Notes under the pieces: model-generated | What the model was told of the DNA's origin: nothing | Seen by the model: only the letters and a program-made list of their open reading frames with translations | Database searches by the model: none | Made by a program: the position numbers and the translations under genes | NCBI GenBank assembly: GCA_965644315.1 | Contig: CBFFRQ010000094.1 | Coordinates: 245,443-309,442, forward strand | Direction: 5' to 3' | DNA length: 64,000 bases | Origin: Caecitellus pseudoparvulus | Lineage: Eukaryota; Protista; Bigyra: Bicosoecida | Shown here: piece after piece, positions 49,401 to 61,400 of the stretch | Layout of the letters: every line of letters starts with the position of its first letter | Position numbering within the stretch: the stretch's first letter is position 1

Positions 49401-52400
49401 CTTGGGTCGTGGTCCTGGCGGGTCCAGCGTGCCTGCTCTGGTGGGCAGCGTGGGCCGTGTGAATGTGAGCGAGGTGGTGGTGTTCACGTACGCGGTGAAG
49501 CTGGACACGAGCGTGGAGTCCGAGGAGGTGTTTGAGCCTGACGTGACAGTTGCGTGGAGCAGCCACCCCGGCAGCGTGCACGGTGTGGCGCGGAACTACA
49601 CGCGTGACATTGGTGGCGCTGGCAAGCCGGACGTGGTGATTGATTCGCCGGTGTACAGCGTGAGCGTGGTGCCGGATGGCTTCGGCGACTCCCCGAGCGA
49701 GGTGGTGGTGGGCCAGGAGGTGATCGTGACGGCAGTGGTGGAGGTGATCGAGGGCACGACGAGTGCTCCCATCGTGACGCTGACGCACACTGACGGCACG
49801 ATGCTGCAGTGGGTGTCGGTGCTGTCCATCGAGGCGTCGTCGCCGAATGTGACGAGCTCCCACGGTGCATTCAGCAGCGTGCTGTCGGGGCACACGAGCG
49901 TGGTGCCTGGGTCCAGCGTGACTGTGGACTTGGGCACGCTTGAGAATGTGAACGTGGACAACGGCGTGGCCGAGACGGTGACGGTGCGTGTGCTGGCTGT
50001 GGTGCCTGACGCGGGTGCAGTGCGTGGTGCGACGGTGGACGTGGACACGGCGCTGACGGGCGGTGCGTTGGTGGGGACGTTCACGAGCAGCACGACGTTG
50101 ACGCTGGCTGAGGGTGAGCTGAATACGAGCCCTGTGGTGGTGCCGCTGTCTGTGACGGATGTGGATGCGGGCGACTTTGTGACGACGAGCATCACGCTGA
50201 CGCACGATGGGGCATCGGATGCACCCGTGTACAACGTGACGGTGCGCGATGTGGAGCTGGCGAGCGGAGAGTACACGGTTGTGGGCGTGTCGGTGGACGG
50301 TGTGAGTGTGCCGTACAGCGCTGCGCCTGGTGGTGAGATCGTGGAGGTGGCGAGTCTGGCACACGGCGCGAGCGTGGTTGTGAACGTGACGCTGCGCATG
50401 GACGTGAGCATTGAGACGGGTCACTTTGTGTCCCCGGAGCTGGTTGTGGAGTACACGTCGCACCCTGGCGGGTCGGGTCGCCCGGCGACGTTTGCGGTGC
50501 TGCCCCGGCAGGTGTTCGCTGTGGACGGCGCTGTGATCGGCAGTTCGACTGTGCTGGACGGGTCCAGTGCGGATGGTGCTGGTTTGGTGGTGGGCACTGT
50601 GGTGCAGGTGGTGACCCAGGTGGCGTTGCCTGAAGGCACCAGCCGCGACAGTCTGCTGGTGTTGGAGGTGACGGGTGTGACGGACGCCTTCAGCACGTGG
50701 AGCGTGGACTCTGTCGTGGACGCGTCTGGCAGCGGTGCCCTGAGCAGCAGCTGTGTGGGGAGCTTCGGCGCCCTGGCCAGCTACGGCGGCATCGTGCGCA
50801 ACGCGTCCCATGTGCTGTTGCCCATGTGCGACGTGACGAACACGGACACCGACAACGGAGTGGCTGAGCCGTTCGTGGTGACGATGTCTGCCCGCGTGTT
50901 GGATGTGGTGTCTGTGCAGCAGGGCGCCTCTGTGAACATCACGGCATCATTCACGTCAGTGTCTGATGGTCCCATTTCTGTGTTGTCTGGCAACTTCACC
51001 GTGCGCGAGGCAGGGTTGGAGGCGGCCAGTGTGACGCCCAAGGCTGTGGCGGGTGTGGACGGCGGCGACAGCGTGGTTGTGACTGCGGTGGTGGACCACA
51101 CGGGCAGCTCTGACGCGCCTGCGTACAGCATCATCGTGCGGGACAACGGCACGGCAGTGTACCGCGAGGACGACGGGTCGGTGGTGGCTGCCGCTGCAGC
51201 CCCGCAGTACATCTTGACGGAGGTGCGGGTGAACGGTGTGGTGCAGGGCGGGCCCTTGACCCACGGCAGCGACGGCGTGGTGGTTGTGATTGCCTCCTTG
51301 CCTGCTGGCGCAACTGCGACGGTGCAGGCGACGTTCACGGTGCAGGGCGTGGTGGAGCCGAGCGTGCGGCTGGTGCCGTGGCTGAGTCTGGACTGGAGCA
51401 GTCACCCTGAGGGGAGCGCCGCGCGGAATGCGAGTGTTGTGGGCGGGGAGGGTGTGAGCGCCGCGCTGGTGGACACGGCGACACCTGCGGGGCAGGTGGG
51501 TGTGGTGTCACCCAGTCCTGGTCTGACGGCCAGCATTGGTGAGCTGGTGACGTACACGCTGAACGTGAGTGTGGTGGAGGGGACGCTGCGGTCCAGTGCG
51601 CTGCGCGTGGAGGTGCTGCCAGTTGTGACTGCGGTTGCGACGGAGGTGGTGCAGTTTGGTGCGCCGGCGCTGAGCAGCGTGCGCAGCTACCGTGTGACGG
51701 CGGGTGGCGTGGAGAGCGCTGCGCCGTTGGTGTCGTCTGATGTTGCGGGTGTGGGCAGCACGTTCAGCGGATTTGTGGGTCTGGAGAGCGCGTTGGTGAG
51801 TGAGCAAGGCTTCACGCTGGGCACTGGGACGGTGGTGAACGGGCACCTGTCTGACGGCGGCGCTGATGGGCTGGTGGAGGAGATGGAGCTGGTGTACACG
51901 GTGCGCGTGCGGGACGTGGACGTTGGCTCCGATGCGATTATGCGTGGTGACACGTTCGAGAGCCGGGTGGAGTTGACGTCTGCGGGCGTGGAGAGCGGTG
52001 AGGTGGTGCTGGTGAGCCCCACGGTGACTGTGATTGAGCCCAGCTTGGCGGCGTTGGTGGTGAGCCCCACCGCGGTGTCTGGCGTGGACGGCAGCGATGT
52101 GATTGTGTTCGAGGTGCTCGTGAGCCATGACGGCGCCTCGGACGCTGACGCGAACAACGTGGAGGTCGTGGACACGGCCCTGGTGGGCGGTGTGCCGGGG
52201 GCCCCCTACGAGCTGCTGGCCGTGTACGTGGACGGTGTGCTGGTGTACGAGGCCGGCGTGGACGACGACAGCGCTGTGCTGTCTGACGGTGCGCTGGCGA
52301 CGTTGCCAGTGCTGGGTCTGGGCAGCACTGCGAATGTGACGTACGTGGTGAGCGTGAGCCCGGTGGCGGAGGTGGGCAGCACCCTGACGCCAGATGTGCA

Positions 52401-55400
52401 GGCAGGGTACACGTCGGTGCCGGACCGCAGCGTGGCGCGGAACTACAGCGTGGTGCCTGGTGTGGGCGCTGTGGTGTCTGTGGTGGACACGGCAGAGGTG
52501 GACTTCAACGCGAGCATGGTTGCGGGTGCGGACGCGCCTGCCGGGAGTGGCGGTGTGACGCCTGTGACTGTGGGCGGTGAGGTGTCGTTTGAGTTGACGT
52601 TCGAGGTGCCTGAGGGGCAGATGAGCGGCGTTGACTTGCTTGTGAACTTCAGCGACCCTGTGCTGGTGCAGTGGATCAGCAGTGATCCGTCTGTGGTGGT
52701 GAGCATCACGCCCAGCTCGCCTGCTGTGACATCCAACTGCAGTGGGGGCCTGGCCGGCGCGGCCAGTGCTGCTGTGCTGCATGGTGATGGCGCCAGTGCC
52801 AGCGTGTCCCTGTGCACGCTCAGCAACACCGACGACGACAACGACGTGGTGGAGACGGTGACGGTGCGGCTGACGGGTGTGGTGCAGGATGTGCCATCTG
52901 CGGTGCAGGGCGCCTCGTTCATCCTGACGGCCAACGTGACCAGTGCTGAGGGGACGCCTGTGAACATGGTGGCTGGTCCGGGTGTGATTGCGGAGCCACT
53001 GCTGGAGGCGTCCCTGTCCAGCGGTCCGGTGGGCGGCAGCGTCGTGGACGCGAACGACACGCTGACGTTTGTGTTTGTGGTGGGTGCAGCCCCTGGCAGC
53101 GATGCGACGGCGTACAATGTGCGGGTGCAGGACACTGCGTTCGCGACTCAGGACGATGGTCTGGGCGGCGGTCCGGAGGGCAGCTCCAGCGGCGAGCCTC
53201 TGTACGAGGTGAGTGGCGTGACTGTGGACGGTGTGGCGGTGCCGCACGACAGCGTGGGCTTTGCTGCGGACGGGACGCTGGTGCTGTTGGGGGAGCTGGC
53301 AGTGTCCACTGGGGACATTGTGATCGAGGTGAACGTGACGCTGCGCACGGACATCGAGAGCGGGACAGGCGTGTCTCCGACGTTTGAGGTGACGTGGAGC
53401 AGTGCAGTGGACGGGAGCGGGGCACGGAACCGGACGCTGGTGGGGGGTGCCCTGTCAGCGCCGTCCGTGTCTGTGGCCCGTCCATCTGTCACTGTGCGCG
53501 CCGAGAGCGACGAGGCGACGTACGCCCCTGACACGTACAGCCTGGGCAGCACCGTCGTGCACGTGGTGCGAGTGACGGTTGCGGAGGGCACGATGCGGGG
53601 TGCGAGCATGACGCTGACGCTGTCTGACACGACTCGGTTTGCGTTTGTGGGTGTGTCCAGCATCACTGCGCCTGGCAGTGTGACGAGCAGCCATGGCGAC
53701 TGGGACAGCGTGGTGGCGCCGGGCCATGTGTCGAGCGTGGCTGGTACGTCCCTGACCGTGGACATGGGCACGGTGGTGAACCGTGACACGTCCAACGCCG
53801 TGTCTGAGGTGGTGGAGATGCGGGTGGTGACGGTGGCCCTTGTGAATGTGGGGCACGTGGCCGGCGTGGTGACAGGCGTGAGCGTGGAGGTGGTGAGCAG
53901 CGAGGTGGGCGCTGGTGTCGTGACGGACAGCACGAGCGTGACGGCTGAGGAGCCGGACGTGACGTACACTGTGTCGCTGCCTGCTGGCGGTCCGTACGAC
54001 GCTGGTGACGAGTTGGTGTTCACGGTGAGCGTGAGTGGTCTGGCTACGACAGGCGACGACAGCCCCGCGTACGGCGTGGTGTTGACGGACGGCGAGTTGT
54101 TGTCGGGCAGGTACTCTGTGGTGCAGGTGAACTCCAGCGTGGACGGCGTGTTGTTCACGGCTGATGCGGGTGACAGCGACTCTGGCTTTGGGAGCTTGGG
54201 TCGTGGTCCTGGCGGGTCCAGCGTGCCTGCTCTGGTGGGCAGCGTGGGCCGTGTGAATGTGAGCGAGGTGGTGGTGTTCACGTACGCGGTGAAGCTGGAC
54301 ACGAGCGTGGAGTCCGAGGAGGTGTTTGAGCCTGACGTGACAGTTGCGTGGAGCAGCCACCCCGGCAGCGTGCACGGTGTGGCGCGGAACTACACGCGTG
54401 ACATCGGTGGCGCTGGCAAGCCGGACGTGGTGATTGATTCGCCGGTGTACAGCGTGAGCGTGGTGCCGGATGGCTTCGGCGACTCCCCGAGCGAGGTGGT
54501 GGTGGGCCAGGAGGTGATCGTGACGGCAGTGGTGGAGGTGATCGAGGGCACGACGAGTGCTCCCATCGTGACGCTGACGCACACTGACGGCACGATGCTG
54601 CAGTGGGTGTCGGTGCTGTCCATCGAGGCGTCGTCGCCGAATGTGACGAGCTCCCACGGTGCATTCAGCAGCGTGCTGTCGGGGCACACGAGCGTGGTGC
54701 CTGGGTCCAGCGTGACTGTGGACTTGGGCACGCTTGAGAATGTGAACGTGGACAACGGCGTGGCCGAGACGGTGACGGTGCGTGTGCTGGCTGTGGTGCC
54801 TGACGCGGGTGCAGTGCGTGGTGCGACGGTGGACGTGGACACGGCGCTGACGGGCGGTGCGTTGGTGGGGACGTTCACGAGCAGCACGACGTTGACGCTG
54901 GCTGAGGGTGAGCTGAATACGAGCCCTGTGGTGGTGCCGCTGTCTGTGACGGATGTGGATGCGGGCGACTTTGTGACGACGAGCATCACGCTGACGCACG
55001 ATGGGGCATCGGATGCACCCGTGTACAACGTGACGGTGCGCGATGTGGAGCTGGCGAGCGGGGAGTACACGGTTGTGGGCGTGTCGGTGGACGGTGTGAG
55101 TGTGCCGTACAGCGCTGCGCCTGGTGGTGAGATCGTGGAGGTGGCGAGTCTGGCGCACGGCGCGAGCGTGGTTGTGAACGTGACGCTGCGCATGGACGTG
55201 AGCATTGAGACGGGTCACTTTGTGTCCCCGGAGCTGGTTGTGGAGTACACGTCGCACCCTGGCGGGTCGGGTCGCCCGGCGACGTTTGCGGTGCTGCCCC
55301 GGCAGGTGTTCGCTGTGGACGGCGCTGTGATCGGCAGTTCGACTGTGCTGGACGGGTCCAGTGCGGATGGTGCTGGTTTGGTGGTGGGCACTGTGGTGCA

Positions 55401-58400
55401 GGTGGTGACCCAGGTGGCGTTGCCTGAAGGCACCAGCCGCGACAGTCTGCTGGTGTTGGAGGTGACGGGTGTGACGGACGCCTTCAGCACGTGGAGCGTG
55501 GACTCTGTCGTGGACGCGTCTGGCAGCGGTGCCCTGAGCAGCAGCTGTGTGGGGAGCTTCGGCGCCCTGGCCAGCTACGGCGGCATCGTGCGCAACGCGT
55601 CCCATGTGCTGTTGCCCATGTGCGACGTGACGAACACGGACACCGACAACGGAGTGGCTGAGCCGTTCGTGGTGACGATGTCTGCCCGCGTGTTGGATGT
55701 GGTGTCTGTGCAGCAGGGCGCCTCTGTGAACATCACGGCATCATTCACGTCAGTGTCTGATGGTCCCATTTCTGTGTTGTCTGGCAACTTCACCGTGCGC
55801 GAGGCAGGGTTGGAGGCGGCCAGTGTGACGCCCAAGGCTGTGGCGGGTGTGGACGGCGGCGACAGCGTGGTTGTGACTGCGGTGGTGGACCACACGGGCA
55901 GCTCTGACGCGCCTGCGTACAGCATCATCGTGCGGGACAACGGCACGGCAGTGTACCGCGAGGACGACGGGTCGGTGGTGGCTGCCGCTGCAGCCCCGCA
56001 GTACATCTTGACGGAGGTGCGGGTGAACGGTGTGGTGCAGGGCGGGCCCTTGACCCACGGCAGCGACGGCGTGGTGGTTGTGATTGCCTCCTTGCCTGCT
56101 GGCGCAACTGCGACGGTGCAGGCGACGTTCACGGTGCAGGGCGTGGTGGAGCCGAGCGTGCGGCTGGTGCCGTGGCTGAGTCTGGACTGGAGCAGTCACC
56201 CTGAGGGGAGCGCCGCGCGGAATGCGAGTGTTGTGGGCGGGGAGGGTGTGAGCGCCGCGCTGGTGGACACGGCGACACCTGCGGGGCAGGTGGGTGTGGT
56301 GTCACCCAGTCCTGGTCTGACGGCCAGCATCGGTGAGCTGGTGACGTACACGCTGAACGTGAGTGTGGTGGAGGGGACGCTGCGGTCCAGTGCGCTGCGC
56401 GTGGAGGTGCTGCCAGTTGTGACTGCGGTTGCGACGGAGGTGGTGCAGTTTGGTGCGCCGGCGCTGAGCAGCGTGCGCAGCTACCGTGTGACGGCGGGTG
56501 GCGTGGAGAGCGCTGCGCCGTTGGTGTCGTCTGATGTTGCGGGTGTGGGCAGCACGTTCAGCGGATTTGTGGGTCTGGAGAGCGCGTTGGTGAGTGAGCA
56601 AGGCTTCACGCTGGGCACTGGGACGGTGGTGAACGGGCACCTGTCTGACGGCGGCGCTGATGGGCTGGTGGAGGAGATGGAGCTGGTGTACACGGTGCGC
56701 GTGCGGGACGTGGACGTTGGCTCCGATGCGATTATGCGTGGTGACACGTTCGAGAGCCGGGTGGAGTTGACGTCTGCGGGCGTGGAGAGCGGTGAGGTGG
56801 TGCTGGTGAGCCCCACGGTGACTGTGATTGAGCCCAGCTTGGCGGCGTTGGTGGTGAGCCCCACCGCGGTGTCTGGCGTGGACGGCAGCGATGTGATTGT
56901 GTTCGAGGTGCTCGTGAGCCATGACGGCGCCTCGGACGCTGACGCGAACAACGTGGAGGTCGTGGACACGGCCCTGGTGGGCGGTGTGCCGGGGGCCCCC
57001 TACGAGCTGCTGGCCGTGTACGTGGACGGTGTGCTGGTGTACGAGGCCGGCGTGGACGACGACAGCGCTGTGCTGTCTGACGGTGCGCTGGCGACGTTGC
57101 CAGTGCTGGGTCTGGGCAGCACTGCGAATGTGACGTACGTGGTGAGCGTGAGCCCGGTGGCGGAGGTGGGCAGCACCCTGACGCCAGATGTGCAGGCAGG
57201 GTACACGTCGGTGCCGGACCGCAGCGTGGCGCGGAACTACAGCGTGGTGCCTGGTGTGGGCGCTGTGGTGTCTGTGGTGGACACGGCAGAGGTGGACTTC
57301 AACGCGAGCATGGTTGCGGGTGCGGACGCGCCTGCCGGGAGTGGCGGTGTGACGCCTGTGACTGTGGGCGGTGAGGTGTCGTTTGAGTTGACGTTCGAGG
57401 TGCCTGAGGGGCAGATGAGCGGCGTTGACTTGCTTGTGAACTTCAGCGACCCTGTGCTGGTGCAGTGGATCAGCAGTGATCCGTCTGTGGTGGTGAGCAT
57501 CACGCCCAGCTCGCCTGCTGTGACATCCAACTGCAGTGGGGGCCTGGCCGGCGCGGCCAGTGCTGCTGTGCTGCATGGTGATGGCGCCAGTGCCAGCGTG
57601 TCCCTGTGCACGCTCAGCAACACCGACGACGACAACGACGTGGTGGAGACGGTGACGGTGCGGCTGACGGGTGTGGTGCAGGATGTGCCATCTGCGGTGC
57701 AGGGCGCCTCGTTCATCCTGACGGCCAACGTGACCAGTGCTGAGGGGACGCCTGTGAACATGGTGGCTGGTCCGGGTGTGATTGCGGAGCCACTGCTGGA
57801 GGCGTCCCTGTCCAGCGGTCCGGTGGGCGGCAGCGTCGTGGACGCGAACGACACGCTGACGTTTGTGTTTGTGGTGGGTGCAGCCCCTGGCAGCGATGCG
57901 ACGGCGTACAATGTGCGGGTGCAGGACACTGCGTTCGCGACTCAGGACGATGGTCTGGGCGGCGGTCCGGAGGGCAGCTCCAGCGGCGAGCCTCTGTACG
58001 AGGTGAGTGGCGTGACTGTGGACGGTGTGGCGGTGCCGCACGACAGCGTGGGCTTTGCTGCGGACGGGACGCTGGTGCTGTTGGGGGAGCTGGCAGTGTC
58101 CACTGGGGACATTGTGATCGAGGTGAACGTGACGCTGCGCACGGACATCGAGAGCGGGACAGGCGTGTCTCCGACGTTTGAGGTGACGTGGAGCAGTGCA
58201 GTGGACGGGAGCGGGGCACGGAACCGGACGCTGGTGGGGGTGCCCTGTCAGCGCCGTCCGTGTCTGTGGCCCGTCCATCTGTCACTGTGCGCGCCGAGAG
58301 CGACGAGGCGACGTACGCCCCTGACACGTACAGCCTGGGCAGCACCGTCGTGCACGTGGTGCGAGTGACGGTTGCGGAGGGCACGATGCGGGGTGCGAGC

Positions 58401-61400
58401 ATGACGCTGACGCTGTCTGACACGACTCGGTTTGCGTTTGTGGGTGTGTCCAGCATCACTGCGCCTGGCAGTGTGACGAGCAGCCATGGCGACTGGGACA
58501 GCGTGGTGGCGCCGGGCCATGTGTCGAGCGTGGCTGGTACGTCCCTGACCGTGGACATGGGCACGGTGGTGAACCGTGACACGTCCAACGCCGTGTCTGA
58601 GGTGGTGGAGATGCGGGTGGTGACGGTGGCCCTTGTGAATGTGGGGCACGTGGCCGGCGTGGTGACAGGCGTGAGCGTGGAGGTGGTGAGCAGCGAGGTG
58701 GGCGCTGGTGTCGTGACGGACAGCACGAGCGTGACGGCTGAGGAGCCGGACGTGACGTACACTGTGTCGCTGCCTGCTGGCGGTCCGTACGACGCTGGTG
58801 ACGAGTTGGTGTTCACGGTGAGCGTGAGTGGTCTGGCTACGACAGGCGACGACAGCCCCGCGTACGGCGTGGTGTTGACGGACGGCGAGTTGTTGTCGGG
58901 CAGGTACTCTGTGGTGCAGGTGAACTCCAGCGTGGACGGCGTGTTGTTCACGGCTGATGCGGGTGACAGCGACTCTGGCTTTGGGAGCTTGGGTCGTGGT
59001 CCTGGCGGGTCCAGCGTGCCTGCTCTGGTGGGCAGCGTGGGCCGTGTGAATGTGAGCGAGGTGGTGGTGTTCACGTACGCGGTGAAGCTGGACACGAGCG
59101 TGGAGTCCGAGGAGGTGTTTGAGCCTGACGTGACAGTTGCGTGGAGCAGCCACCCCGGCAGCGTGCACGGTGTGGCGCGGAACTACACGCGTGACATTGG
59201 TGGCGCTGGCAAGCCGGACGTGGTGATTGATTCGCCGGTGTACAGCGTGAGCGTGGTGCCGGATGGCTTCGGCGACTCCCCGAGCGAGGTGGTGGTGGGC
59301 CAGGAGGTGATCGTGACGGCAGTGGTGGAGGTGATCGAGGGCACGACGAGTGCTCCCATCGTGACGCTGACGCACACTGACGGCACGATGCTGCAGTGGG
59401 TGTCGGTGCTGTCCATCGAGGCGTCGTCGCCGAATGTGACGAGCTCCCACGGTGCATTCAGCAGCGTGCTGTCGGGGCACACGAGCGTGGTGCCTGGGTC
59501 CAGCGTGACTGTGGACTTGGGCACGCTTGAGAATGTGAACGTGGACAACGGCGTGGCCGAGACGGTGACGGTGCGTGTGCTGGCTGTGGTGCCTGACGCG
59601 GGTGCAGTGCGTGGTGCGACGGTGGACGTGGACACGGCGCTGACGGGCGGTGCGTTGGTGGGGACGTTCACGAGCAGCACGACGTTGACGCTGGCTGAGG
59701 GTGAGCTGAATACGAGCCCTGTGGTGGTGCCGCTGTCTGTGACGGATGTGGATGCGGGCGACTTTGTGACGACGAGCATCACGCTGACGCACGATGGGGC
59801 ATCGGATGCACCCGTGTACAACGTGACGGTGCGCGATGTGGAGCTGGCGAGCGGAGAGTACACGGTTGTGGGCGTGTCGGTGGACGGTGTGAGTGTGCCG
59901 TACAGCGCTGCGCCTGGTGGTGAGATCGTGGAGGTGGCGAGTCTGGCGCACGGCGCGAGCGTGGTTGTGAACGTGACGCTGCGCATGGACGTGAGCATTG
60001 AGACGGGTCACTTTGTGTCCCCGGAGCTGGTTGTGGAGTACACGTCGCACCCTGGCGGGTCGGGTCGCCCGGCGACGTTTGCGGTGCTGCCCCGGCAGGT
60101 GTTCGCTGTGGACGGCGCTGTGATCGGCAGTTCGACTGTGCTGGACGGGTCCAGTGCGGATGGTGCTGGTTTGGTGGTGGGCACTGTGGTGCAGGTGGTG
60201 ACCCAGGTGGCGTTGCCTGAAGGCACCAGCCGCGACAGTCTGCTGGTGTTGGAGGTGACGGGTGTGACGGACGCCTTCAGCACGTGGAGCGTGGACTCTG
60301 TCGTGGACGCGTCTGGCAGCGGTGCCCTGAGCAGCAGCTGTGTGGGGAGCTTCGGCGCCCTGGCCAGCTACGGCGGCATCGTGCGCAACGCGTCCCATGT
60401 GCTGTTGCCCATGTGCGACGTGACGAACACGGACACCGACAACGGTGTGGCTGAGCCGTTCGTGGTGACGATGTCTGCCCGCGTGTTGGATGTGGTGTCT
60501 GTGCAGCAGGGCGCCTCTGTGAACATCACGGCATCATTCACGTCAGTGTCTGATGGTCCCATTTCTGTGTTGTCTGGCAACTTCACCGTGCGCGAGGCAG
60601 GGTTGGAGGCGGCCAGTGTGACGCCCAAGGCCGTGGCTGGCGTGGACGGCGGCGACAGCGTGGTGGTGACTGCGGTGGTGGACCACACGGGCAGCTCTGA
60701 CGCGCCTGCGTACAGCATCATCGTGCGGGACAACGGCACGGCAGTGTACCGCGAGGACGACGGGTCGGTGGTGGCCGCCGCTGCAGCCCCGCAGTACATC
60801 TTGACGGAGGTGCGTGTGAACGGTGTGGTGCAGGGCGGGCCCTTGACCCACGGCAGCGACGGCGTGGTGGTTGTGATTGCCTCCTTGCCTGCTGGTGCGA
60901 CTGCGACGGTGCAGGCGACGTTCACGGTGCAGGGCGTGGTGGAGCCGAGCGTGCGGCTGGTGCCGTGGCTGAGCCTGGACTGGAGCAGTCACCCTGAGGG
61001 GAGCGCCGCGCGGAATGCGAGTGTTGTGGGCGGTGAGGGTGTGAGCGCCGCGCTGGTGGACACGGCGACACCTGCGGGGCAGGTGGGTGTGGTGTCACCC
61101 AGTCCTGGTCTGACGGCCAGCATCGGTGAACTGGTGACGTACACGCTGAACGTGAGTGTGGTGGAGGGGACACTGCGGTCCAGTGCGCTGCGCGTGGAGG
61201 TGCTGCCAGTTGTGACTGCGGTTGCGACGGAGGTGGTGCAGTTTGGTGCGCCGGCGCTGAGCAGCGTGCGCAGCTACCGTGTGACGGCGGGTGGCGTGAA
61301 GAGCGCTGCGCCGTTGGTGTCGTCTGATGTTGCGGGTGTGGGGAGCACGTTCAGCGGATTTGTGGGTCTGGAGAGCGCGTTGGTGAGTGAGCAAGGCTTC

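Noticed and set aside
58241-58368. Apparent Cys/Trp-rich C-terminal tail VPCQRRPCLW...SCTWCE
   Set aside because: Out-of-frame translation of the repeat after the G deletion; nearly the same peptide appears as an alternative-frame ORF at 24608..24811.
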